A DNA stretch of 64,000 bases from Bispira polyomma (taxonomy: Eukaryota): assembly GCA_965649765.1 (NCBI GenBank), contig OZ287755.1, positions 30,566,001 through 30,630,000 on the forward strand, written 5' to 3'. A model generated the notes under the pieces. It searched no databases and was not told where the DNA came from. It saw only the letters and a program-made list of their open reading frames with translations. Position numbers and translations under genes: made by a program. Of the stretch, positions 27,237 to 38,471 are shown one piece after another. Numbering within the stretch: the stretch's first letter is position 1; each line of letters starts with the position of its first letter.

Positions 27237-27758
27237 GTGGCCACTGCAGTACTGCAGTGGACCCTAAACGTCAAAATGATGTGATATATTCTAGATTGGT
27301 GTACAACTCTAACTTTAAAGATTTTAAATTGTGTGATAAATTGTATGTTAAATATCTCATGTGTAACAGATATGTAAAAAGGTCCTATAGGGACATGGTA
27401 GTGGATGGGAAAAAAGGTAATTCTCGAGTCCATACTAGCCGACCCGTGGTGGGCGACATTGGGAGTAATAGCAGGGACCAAAACCCTCTGTTAGGTGTAA
27501 ACATAAAGTTGCCAACAAGTTGGCTGTGTCGAAAAAGAACAAACCAATGTTACAAAAAGGTGTGAAGTACACACAACAACTTCTCAATCAAGCCTCCCTC
27601 AAGGCGGACATGTCAATAACCATTCAATTAGCCAAGTTTCCCGTTCTGCTTATGTCACAAAAAGTGTGAACTCGGGAAAGGGGGATAGTCGCCCTAATTA
27701 TAGGGGCCTTCAGTTACCTGTTATTACTCAGCTTAATGCTAATGTGTAGGCTGAATAC

Positions 27759-29230
27759 TTGCAAGGTTATTGGGATTGGAAACTCCCTTTGTTAATCAAG
27801 TTTGGATTCCCCCTTGATTGTGATGACGTACACGAGTTTAAATCAGAACGTAATAATCACTCCTCAGCTGTACAATACCCACAACATGTGAGCCACTATT
27901 TGCGTGAGGAATGCAAATTGGGTGCTATGTATGGCCCTTTTGCCACACCTCCTGTTAACAAGTTACATACTTCCCCATTTATGACCAGGGATAAATCCAG
28001 CTCGTCTAACCGCAGAGTTATAATTGATCTCAGCTGGCCAGAAGGTCATTCGGTTAATGCTGCAGTATCCCCTAACTCGTATTTGAACAGAGAATTTATA
28101 CTCACATATCCATCGATTGACACTATAACAAATCAAGTTATAGCCAGGGGGAGGGGTTCTCTAATCTTTAAAGCAGACATCAGTCGCGCCTTTAGACATG
28201 TGACCATGGACCCTAAGGATGTCAATTTATTGGGACTTTATTGGGATGGGTACTATGTGGACGGCTCCCTCCCCTTTGGCTACAAGCACGGCTCAGCAAT
28301 ATTCCAGCGAATTTCAGACAGCATCCGGTTCATAATGAAGGGTGAAGGACACCATATATTGAACTATATCGACGATCTATTATGCTGTTCTACTGCCACA
28401 AAAATATACAAAACCTATTATCGCCTGCAAAGTCTTCTGGCAGAACTAGGTCTTACTCTGAGCCAGAAAAAGCTAGTCCCTCCAGCAACTCGGGTCACCT
28501 GTTTAGGAATTGACATAGACACAGTAGACTTTATCACCTCAATACCGGCTGAAAAGCTGGAGAATATACAAGTTATGTGTGATGAATTGGCGAGTAAAAA
28601 GTACTGTACAAAAAGAGAGCTCCAGTGTTTGCTGGGTTCTCTTTTATACATATCAAAATGTGTGAAATACTCCAGGTTCTTTCGTTCAAAATTTCTTCTG
28701 AATTTCGTCAAGACTTGCATTGGTTCAGGTCATTTTTGAAAAAGTACAATGGAGTGTCTTTCTTTTATCATAAACCTGTGAGTGCCACTTTAGAGTTGGA
28801 TGCTTGCCTAAAAGGAATGGGTGGAGTTTATGGGAAACAGGTTTATACACTGTCTCTGCCTCAAAATATGCATCACCACAACATAGCCTTCCTGGAAATG
28901 TTGAACATTCTAGTGGCATTAAGGTTATGGGCCCATCTCTGGAAAGGACAGAAAATCCTCCTGAAATGTGACAACCAGGCGGTGGTTAGTGTCCTTACTC
29001 ATGGCAGAACGCATGATTCTGACTTAGGCCTGTGTTCCAGAAACATTTTCATAGTGGCTAGCCACTTTGATGTTGAATTAAAAGTGATTCATATACTAGG
29101 TCAAAACAATACTGTAGCTGACTTGCTGTCTAGATGGACCAACTCTACACAGGACATTAATTGATTACATGCAGGTGACGTCCAGTGGTGTCCAGTGACT
29201 GAAAAACATCTGCTACTTAATGTGCATATA
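27759..29230 (+). pseudogene. RT/RNase H of E3
   Basis: SPFMTRDK, RVIIDLS, LPFGYKHGS, YIDD, LDACL, EMLN, CDNQ, ADLLSR. Confidence 0.93.
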
Positions 29231-29275
29231 TGATGACTGTTTTACACAATGCTACTGGTAGTGTTCTTTTTTCAG

Positions 29276-30205
29276 ACAAAAACCCAGTACAACAACTATT
29301 ATATAAAAAGGCAACAGAGAAACTACACCTGGCTTTCTGCAGATCCACTGCAAGATCCTATAATGCAATGTATAGAGTCTTTCTGGCCTATGCTGCCTTC
29401 ATGGACATGCAGTTAAATCAGGTGACTGTGTTTGACCTTTTGTTATTTCTAGAGTTTTTACAATTCAATAGTGTAAAACCAGCCCACATGGCTAATTATC
29501 TATCTGCCATTAAAGCTAAGTCAATAATTCACAATGTAAACATTCATGCATTTAGTGACCCCTGTATTGCATACTACCAGAAAGCAGTGCAGATGGCTGC
29601 TCCTCTGCATGTTAAGTTGAAAAAAATAATTGACATTCCAACCTTGGGAAAAATCATCCAAATATGTCATACCACATATATGGGCCTTGTCTTCAAAGCC
29701 CTTTACTTGCTTAGCTATTTCTCCTTCCTCAGACTGTCAAATCTGGTTCCACATTCTGTTAACCAATTTTCTGCTCTAAAACATTTGGCAAAAGCTGACG
29801 TCATGATTCATCATCAAAAAGCAGTACTTCTCATAAAATGGTCCAAAACAATGCAAAATAATAAACAAATTAAACTCATTACTGTCCTTAGATTGGTACA
29901 CTCTCCATTGTGCCCTGTTCGTGATCTAGAAGATATTTTAGCACTCACCCCTTCTGGACATAATTTCTCCCTTTTTCAATTTAGAACTAATGCACAATGG
30001 ACTCCCCTGACTGATTCCAAGGTTCGAATGCATTTCAAAAATATCCTTACTAGACTACGATTACAAGATTTAGGACTTACCTTCCACGCTTTCCGGCACC
30101 TGGACGTCAGATTGCGTGTGGAGGTACGTCACTGACACTGTTGATGCTGGCCATCAGGTGGCTGACACCTTTCGAAAACAGCTCTCTTCTTCCTTACCTT
30201 CCTAG
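29276..30205 (+). pseudogene. tyrosine recombinase of E3
   Basis: FSFLRLSN, WSKT, CPV, FHAFRH; WTSDCVWRY follows in a shifted frame after a deletion. Confidence 0.92.
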
Positions 30206-30982
30206 CCCTACTACATTGGAATTTGGCTGTTTCTAGTCATTTTCTAGCCTTTGTTCATGTATCTTTTTTTAAAGAACTTCTTTCTGTAGCAGTAATTGAA
30301 ACATTTCTATATGACTTGCTACCAACTTAGCGTGTGCTTAACTATTAAACAGTAATTGTAAAAAACTAGTACCTTACTTAAATACTACTTAAAGTATAGA
30401 GGTTTGCTTTACACTGTTAACTAGTAATCCAAGGCTTCTTGTCTTATAGTAATTAATTGTGTAAATTCAACTTAACTTTTTCACTTTAAGGTCACCTTTG
30501 TCATAGTAAATTAACTTGGACAATGAACTTTCTTTATCTAAGGTGACCTTACCAAATCACTTAGCAACGCTAAAACATTTATTTAAGGTGGCCTTAAGTC
30601 ACCATGAGTTCTGTAAATAATTGTTTCTAATTCTGGTGACCTTAAGATGCCTGTAGATAGTTTTAGTCTAACCTGTAGTTTAACAGTAAATGTTTTACCG
30701 CATTCTGTAGTATTATTATCTTGTCTTCTTGACCTCTGACCCCTCTGGCCTGGGGCTGGGAAATGTGGTGGGCTGACGCCTCGGCGACAATCCCCTCAGG
30801 TCTGGCACCAGGCTACTGGGGGGCCAATTAGGCCACCTGGGGTCACGAGGACAAGTATATAAGGGTTTGGCGCCCAACAAGCGCCATCATTAAAACAAAT
30901 ACATTCTCAAAGAAAGAATGTTTTAACAACCCACCCTTACCCTCCCATTTAACCGTTTGTTATAGTTTCAGGATGTGGTGCA

Positions 30983-31173
30983 AACAAGAGTGACAGCCGA
31001 CAGTGCCATCGTCAGTGAAGCTTATGGTTTAGCTAGCTTCTATGCACACTTGTGGTCCAGATCCTAGAAAAATTGTGTTAGGTAAGGGGCTATATTGCTT
31101 AGCCAAGTAAGGACACCTGGAGAAGCTAGAGGATCTTTGTAAATAACCTCGCCAACACGGTTTACCACTTGTT
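30983..31173 (+). ncRNA. candidate structured RNA in the A2-B2 spacer of E3
   Basis: closing stem AACAAGAGTG..AGCCG / CGGTT..CACTTGTT; CTAGCTTCT/AGAAGCTAG; TCCAG/CTGGA; GGCTA/TAGCC; single copy, so no covariation support. Confidence 0.5.
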
Positions 31174-32366
31174 AAGGTTCAAGGTTAAGGCCAGAGAGAC
31201 AATGTTTTAGACGAAACAGACATTTACGTTAAGATTTTTACTCTTTTATTTCTACAATTTACATGTAAAAGTGATTACTATGTTTATACACAATATTAGA
31301 ATTTTATACTTTGGCTTGCCTGTGTGTAAGTTTTTATATTCAAAGTCACTTTTACCTGTGTTAATGTTAAATATTATTCAAATCTTAGTATTGCTACCTC
31401 AGTGACGCTGTTTCTAGTCATTTTCTAGCCTTTGTTCATGTATCTTTTTTTAAAGAACTTCTTTCTGTAGCAGTAATGGAAACATTTCTATATGACTTGC
31501 TACCAACTTAGCGTGTGCTTAACTATTAAACAGTAACTGTAAAAAACTAGCACCTTACTTAAATACTACTTAACGCATAGAGGTTTGCTTTAAATTGTTA
31601 ACTAGTAATCCAAGATTACTTGTCTTATAGTAATTAATTGTGTAAATTCAACTTAACTTTTTCACTTTAAGGTCACCTTTGTCATAGTAAATTAACTTGG
31701 ACAATGGACTTTCTTTATCTAAATCACCATAAGTTCTGTAAATAATTGTTTCTAATTCTGGTGCCCTTAAGTTGCCTGTAGATAGTTTTAGTCTAACCTG
31801 AAGTCTAACAATAAATGTTTTACCGCATTCTGTAGTATTATTATCTTGTCTTCTTGACCTTTGACCCTTCTGGCCTGGGGCTGGGAAATGAGCATAGTTT
31901 GTAATAGTTTATTACTGGAGCAGGCTGGTATGAGATAGCCAGCACTTTAATGCTGGTTCGCACATTCAAGCCCAGCCCCATAATATTCAGGCCATGATAA
32001 AAAGCACTGGGATATATAAATTTTATTAAAATATTCATATTAATATTACTAAAATGTTTGACTAGCAATTTTAAAATAGATTGTAGCGCTTAGACTTTAG
32101 TGGAGGCACATAGTTACAGCAATTGATTATGATATGATATGATATATTGTTAGTCTAGTCTTACAAAATCTGCCAGATCTCTTTCTTATATGTTACAGAA
32201 TCCCTAAAATTGCAGAGACTAAAACTGTTAAAAACAGTAGCAAAAGTTGTACTGATAAAAGTGAAATGAAGTTTGACGAATCTAACAAAGCTAGCCATCA
32301 CCACGGGAGAAAACTGAAAGTGGTCAATATGTTTCAAGCAACTACAGAAACAACTACAGAAACAAG

Positions 32367-32700
32367 ATGAACGTATCAAATGACAGGAAGAATGCTAAAG
32401 CATGGAATATATTTCTGCCGTACCATCAGCCCAGAGTTCCCACGAGGCTGCATCGCAATCCAAACAGTCTGACGAACTTGCCGTCTTTTGAGGACCTGAA
32501 AATGGACTCCAAGATACAGGCAGAAGTTCAACGGAGGATTGGAAACTACGATGGAACCTCCAGACTGGAAAACAATAGTCTTCTTCTTAAGTCAGGGAGA
32601 TATAGGGCTAGTACCCATAAGGTAATGATCCCCGTTAATTGGCTACAAGATTACTGCACAGTCGTGCAAACAACCTACCAATGATGACATGTCCGTTATT
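32367..32700 (+). mobile_element. YR-retrotransposon gag fragment
   Basis: LPSFEDLK..IQAEVQRR..LKSGRYR..VNW, similar to the central gag of E1 and E3. Confidence 0.65.
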
Positions 32701-33534
32701 AAAGGGTGATGCCAAAAACAAAAATAGGCAAGCTGATTAAAACCTTCATTCACAAAAATTTTTGTCACATCAGAAATGGGCCTAGTATCAATATTAGTAC
32801 AACAGATAACATTCCCAGCCATACTGAATTCTCATCCGACACTAATCTAGGTTTTTATTTTTTATAACGGCTAGAGATCACGTGTATAGGCGATGATTAT
32901 TAATATAGTGTCCATATCTAGTTCAAAGAGGTTAATATTTTAGAACTGATTGCCCAAACGGCCACCTCTGTTGAGTGAAAAAATTATAGTTAAATCATTA
33001 TATATGTATATATACAAATCAATGTGTCAAGAACTGCTACATGTAAGAATAAAAACATATCAATTTATCCCCTAGGGGTCATAAAAGTGTCCTTAAAACA
33101 AAACTTAAAAAAACCTTACTACAACTTTTTGAAGCTATTACAGATATTCTAACAACTTTAGTTATTAAAGTAATACCTTTTAATATACAACACAAAATAC
33201 AGAAAATTTACCATCAGGAGCTCAGTTACACCTTCACGTCATTATGAGGTTAAACCTTACCAGTGCATTAGATTACAAGAAGAATAAGATGGTCAGAAAG
33301 CGAAGATTTTTGTCCAGGCAGATCCTTATGGTTGTATATTTTTAGTGTAACTTAAAATAACCTCGGAAGTGAACAAGATTTCCCAAGAGCTAAAGACATG
33401 TATCCCATCAAACAAGGATGTTGTTGAGATTGAAAGAAAGTTACACCTCTGGTAGGTTTCGAGTTGTGCATCTACCGCTCACAAGTTAATAATGCGCCCA
33501 TATACACTAGGATATTATAATGTGTATTAATAAA

Positions 33535-36500
33535 TTGTAATTGTAATTAGAAAAAAGAGAGTAATCCAAGGGTCGAGCACCATACAGCACACCGGGGGAT
33601 GATTGACACTAAGGTGGGTATGGTATGGTGTACAAGTGGGTTTTAAGCTGCTTTCTAAAAGAGGCTAGTGAGGGGGACGCACAAATAACATCAGGAAGAT
33701 CATTCTAAACAAAGGGAGCATCAAAAGCAAAGCTGTGACCAAACTGTTTAACTGACTTTTAAGTAGACGGGTGAAACTTTATAACTACAAGGAAATTACT
33801 ACCACTCTGACTGGGCCTGGTATTATAAGAACTACTGTAAGAGGGAAGATATGAGGCAAAATACCTTGAAAAACCAGTGTGAAGAAACTTATAAACAAGT
33901 GTAGCTGTTTTAAACAATGAACGCTGTTTAACTGGGAGCCAATGCAATTTCTTAAGAACTTGAGTTATACTGGTGTATCGACTAGTATTTGACACAATTC
34001 TAGCTGCACTATAAATTAAACTTTAAAAGACTCCTACAAAGTGAATTGCAGTAATCCAGTCTACTACTGACAAAAGCATTGGCGACAAGTATAGAAGCAT
34101 CATAAGTGAGAAACCGCCTGACATGCCTTAAGTCCCTGAGTTGTTCAAAACAATTTTTGCAGACTATACACCCAGGTTCTTGACAGAATCAGCTGGGCTA
34201 AAAGAGCTACCCAAGGATGTCAACTGGAAACCATGCTTTCAACTTCTCCCTCTGTTGTTTTTAGCCAAAGATTATAAACTCAGTTGTCGGGATTAAGTTT
34301 GAGTTTACCAGTTGACATCCACTCTTTCACATCGTCAAGGCACCTGTTCAACTGTTCAAAGGCAGTAGATGTATTTTTATGGGATAAGTGTACATGAATT
34401 TGGGTATCATCTGCATAAAAATGAAACTTAATACCTTTGTATTTGCTAATCACCAATCTGAGAGGGGCAGTGTACAATGAAAACAACAAAGGACCAAAAA
34501 CAGAACCTTGGGGAACACTGAACAAGAGTTTACAAAGATCGAACAAAGTAGAGCCAATTTTTATCAACTGATAACGATCAGTTAAGTAGGATTTGAATTT
34601 GAATTTGATAGACAGTCGAGCTGTCTCAGTCGAATGACCTGTTTTATATGCAGACTGGTATGGGTTACAAAGTAGAGCCAATTTTTATCAACTGATAATG
34701 ATCAGTTAAGTAGGATTTGATTTCATTTTTGATAGACAGTCGAGCTGTCTCAGTCGAATGACCTGTTTTATATGCAGACTGGTATGGGTTGTCTAAGTCG
34801 TAGATATGATCTAACAGCAACCACACTTTCAACCAGTTTTGATATGAAACTAAGACCAGATACAAAGATCTTTAGGTTATCAATTGGAAGAGAAGCCTTC
34901 TTAATAAGAGAAGTAACCACAGCTGTTTTAAAACCATCAGGTACATGTCCCTCGGTAAGTGAAAAGTTTACAAGCTTTCTAATGGATGGAAGTAATATAT
35001 CACCACATTATTTGATGAGTGATGTTGGCCATGGATCCAACATGCAGGATTTTATAGGCGAATTTCTAATTATTTTATTGACATCATCTTCAGAGACTCT
35101 AGTAAAGGCAGTAATTTTAGGAGGATCACAAAGAGGGTCAAAATCAATTTTAATTCCAGAAACAACAAAAATATCTCTAATTCTCTTAATTTTGTTTGAA
35201 AAAAAAGGAAACAAACTTGTCAGCTAACGACTTCATGGGAAGGGAGTGCCACATTGGTAACCATATTAAGGGTCTTGCAACAGTTTTCTAGAGTTGTGAC
35301 TGTTATCTTAGATAAGTTTGCTATAATACTCTGACGTATCCTTGTTAAAAAGTATGTTACACCGAGCAATCTGGCGACGAAGTCGACTACTATTAAATGG
35401 ATTCTTGGTCCTTCACCAACTTCTTTCATATTGGTGCCTGAGAGACTTTGCCCGTCAGTATGAATCAGAAAGCCAATGCACAGATTCTTTCTTTGACATT
35501 CTAGATACAAGTGGTGCATGCTTATCTAGTACATTATCCAAGTCATGTACGTATTGTTTACAAAGTTTGGCTACAGAATTAGCAGTTGACTTAACGAAGG
35601 AAGTATCCTTGAGATCAGTGCGGAGGTCAGACATGTTTGTATGGTGATACCTCCTATAATGCACTGTATTTGGAATATAAGCCACCTGTCAGGGAGAGGC
35701 AACTGAGTATTTGACTAATGCATGATCCGATATAAAATCGCAGACTTTTGACATCCACAATAGTATCCTGGGCACTAGGAGATAAAATGAGGTTCAGAAT
35801 GTAAGCATGCAGATGGGTAGGTTGTGTAACACACTGTTTTGGATCACACGAATCAAGAAAGATCATAAATTTATGACCGTCACCAACTGGTGCATCAACA
35901 TGGATGTTAAAGTCAGCACAGATATGATATGAACTGTTAATAGATGACAGGAAACCAACAAAAGACATGAATTCTTCTAAAAAATTGCAGGTACATGATC
36001 CTTGGGGCAATAGACGCAGCCAAACAACAGCGGTCATGAAGCCCAATTGACACCACCATGTGATAGACAGAAGATTCTATTTTATATAAAGGTAGTATTG
36101 CAATGGGTCTAGGGAATGGGAAGTAAAAGCCAAAAACCTTTAAATGTGTTTAAATTCCACTGTGAAAGAGTGTTCAGTAGATTCTACTATGTATTTGGTT
36201 GTGTGTGTGGCCCAAATAAGTAACATGCAGTACAGTACAGTAGTAGATAATGCAGGATTTATAAAAAAATTAATGTTGTATCTGGGCATAAAGTATTGAT
36301 TTTCTAAAGACTGTTCACCAAAAGCAGAGGGAAAGGTCAACCAAGTATCTGTGAGTGTATTTGATTAATTCTCGATGACTTAGTGGTCTGTATTTGACAT
36401 ACAGTAGAGTAATGCATTTATTCTACTGTGTAAAGTGTGTGTGTAAAGATATTCAACATATTGCTAGAATATTTGGTGGTATTTTAGTAAGGTGTAATGT

Positions 36501-36720
36501 CATAATATTACTTGTATTTTAGGTTATAATTGTACTTAAACTTTCTCTGAAAGTTAGAGTAGATTCAGAGCAGTAAGGCCAACCAATCAGAATGCTCCCT
36601 GGTATATTAGTATTGGTTAAATCTGGAAACCAGAGTAAATTCAGAATAGGGCTTATAAAATAGGAGTAAACTATATCATTTTCGGAGTTTAGCTTGGAAC
36701 TACCTTGAGTGAGCATCAGC
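33535..36720 (-). mobile_element. L2/CR1-group LINE ORF2 (endonuclease + RT), decayed, with internal ~120-bp duplication
   Basis: DFNIHVD, PTH..LNL, YQSAYKTGHSTETA (twice), VPQGSVFGP, YADD, LKLNPD, LHWLPV. Confidence 0.9.
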
Positions 36721-37992
36721 TGTAGATTTTAGATAACCACTGCACATAATTTTACTTCCACTTCACTAATACTTAATTTGAACAGCTCCATATAGCTAAC
36801 ATCCCTTTTAGTCCACTATTAATAGCAGACATGAATTAACTATATTTGGCTCCAATTTACTGTAACATAGTAAAACTGTCACAAGACTGAATATCATCAA
36901 TTATTAGACAACTTATAGACATTTAAATGTGAGTGAATTTTTGTATTTTATTTAATTAATTATTGCTACCGTTTTGCCTCGGTTATAAGAATTGTTTGTC
37001 CCAGTTAGCATAGAATATACATGTTTAATGTAATCTGCTGTAGTTATAAAATATTTGCAAAGACTTATAGTTGGACTACATATTCAGTGGCCCAGCAATA
37101 ATTTCCCTGTTCATAATTTTACTGTAGGCTGTAGCATTTAATTTGAACTGGCTACGTTCTTTTGCACTGCTGGATAGTTTATAATATATCAGTTAACTGT
37201 GTACAACGTTGCTCTTAAAAACATTACTATACTAAATACTGAAAAAGTATTCAACTTGTACATATATGTTGACATATGTAAGAATAGTACAAATCAATGT
37301 AAATAAACTAGACTGTTAAGTCACCTTTGACACAATACACTTTGTCTACAATATTTTAGTGTATTTGATTTAACCAAATCAAATTCATTGAGTACCATAG
37401 TCACTATTGTATATACTGAAGTGGCTTAGGTGTTGCTATCTCTGTCAATATTGAGGTCTCAATTACTGAAGCCATCAATAAGTCGTGTTGAAGCTAAGTC
37501 AATACAAAATATCATACAAATAATTATGCAGTATCTCTGCAATATCAAGCCCTCTGTGTCCATATGTCATTAGGTCATGTATAAATATGTTTTTTTATCC
37601 AGATGCTCAGAATACTACAACAAAGAGAACATAATTACCTAGATATGTATCTATATAACTCAACTGATTCTGTAAAAGAACACCTAAAGGTACCAGATCA
37701 TTGATATGTTGAACATGCACTCAAGCAGTTTAGTGGTAGAGCTTGATGTAATGAAGAGGTTAGGGTCCAAATTAGTGTTCTGTCCTAAAAATGGAGTACA
37801 GTTATAAATGTCTTACGCAAAGGACTTAATACACCTATACACCGACTATGTGACATGACAGTACAAAATATTTGAATTTAGAAGACATGTACAACTACAT
37901 AGACTTCTCCCGACACTACACTACACAGCAATTTAACTTGGCGAAATCTCTAAAAAATGTTGTGTCATAACATTATCTTTTATGTAATATGT

Positions 37993-38248
37993 GGGGTGGC
38001 CTAGTGGTTAGCTAGCATTGCGCTTCACATTCACTGGTCTCTCACCTCTGGGCGGCGTGAGTTCGAATCCCGTCGATGCCTATGTGGGAAAGGTGGTAGT
38101 TCCTTACTGTGGGCCGCTGGTTTCTGTGCAGAACCTAGACCAACTGTATGCAGTGTTTCCTCCAGCGTTTCCAACTACCCGTCTAGGTACCAGAGTAGAC
38201 GTTAAATATCCAAATTCAGTGGACGTTAAATATTCAAATTCAAATTTA
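37993..38248 (+). mobile_element. tRNA-derived SINE (same family as 7575-7830)
   Basis: box A and box B, CAAATT tail, 12-bp TSD TATGTAATATGT at 37981-37992 and 38249-38260. Confidence 0.93.
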
Positions 38249-38471
38249 TATGTAATATGTAGAAAAATTATCAAAAGATAAAAAACATATATTACATGGA
38301 TTATGTATGGCTGTATTGTGTTGGATGTATATAGTACTGTCGTGCTGTGACATGTCTTCTGTAGTGTAGTGTATACACATTATAGATTGTACACACACCA
38401 AATTAGTCATATGCAACTTTCACAAGTGTTTTTAGGATTGGTGCTTACACCTATTTTTTATTAAGCTTAAG

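Larger units (their letters stand above)
26033..31890 (+). mobile_element. YR retrotransposon E3 (second family), complete split-direct-repeat termini
   Basis: A1 26033-26198 ~ A2 30764-30929; B1 30226-30765 ~ B2 31407-31890; gag 26265-27236, pol ~27233-29230, YR ~29276-30205. Confidence 0.96.

Noticed and set aside
37993-38075. tRNA gene
   Set aside because: It is a SINE head: it has a body, tail, TSD and a second copy at 7575-7830.
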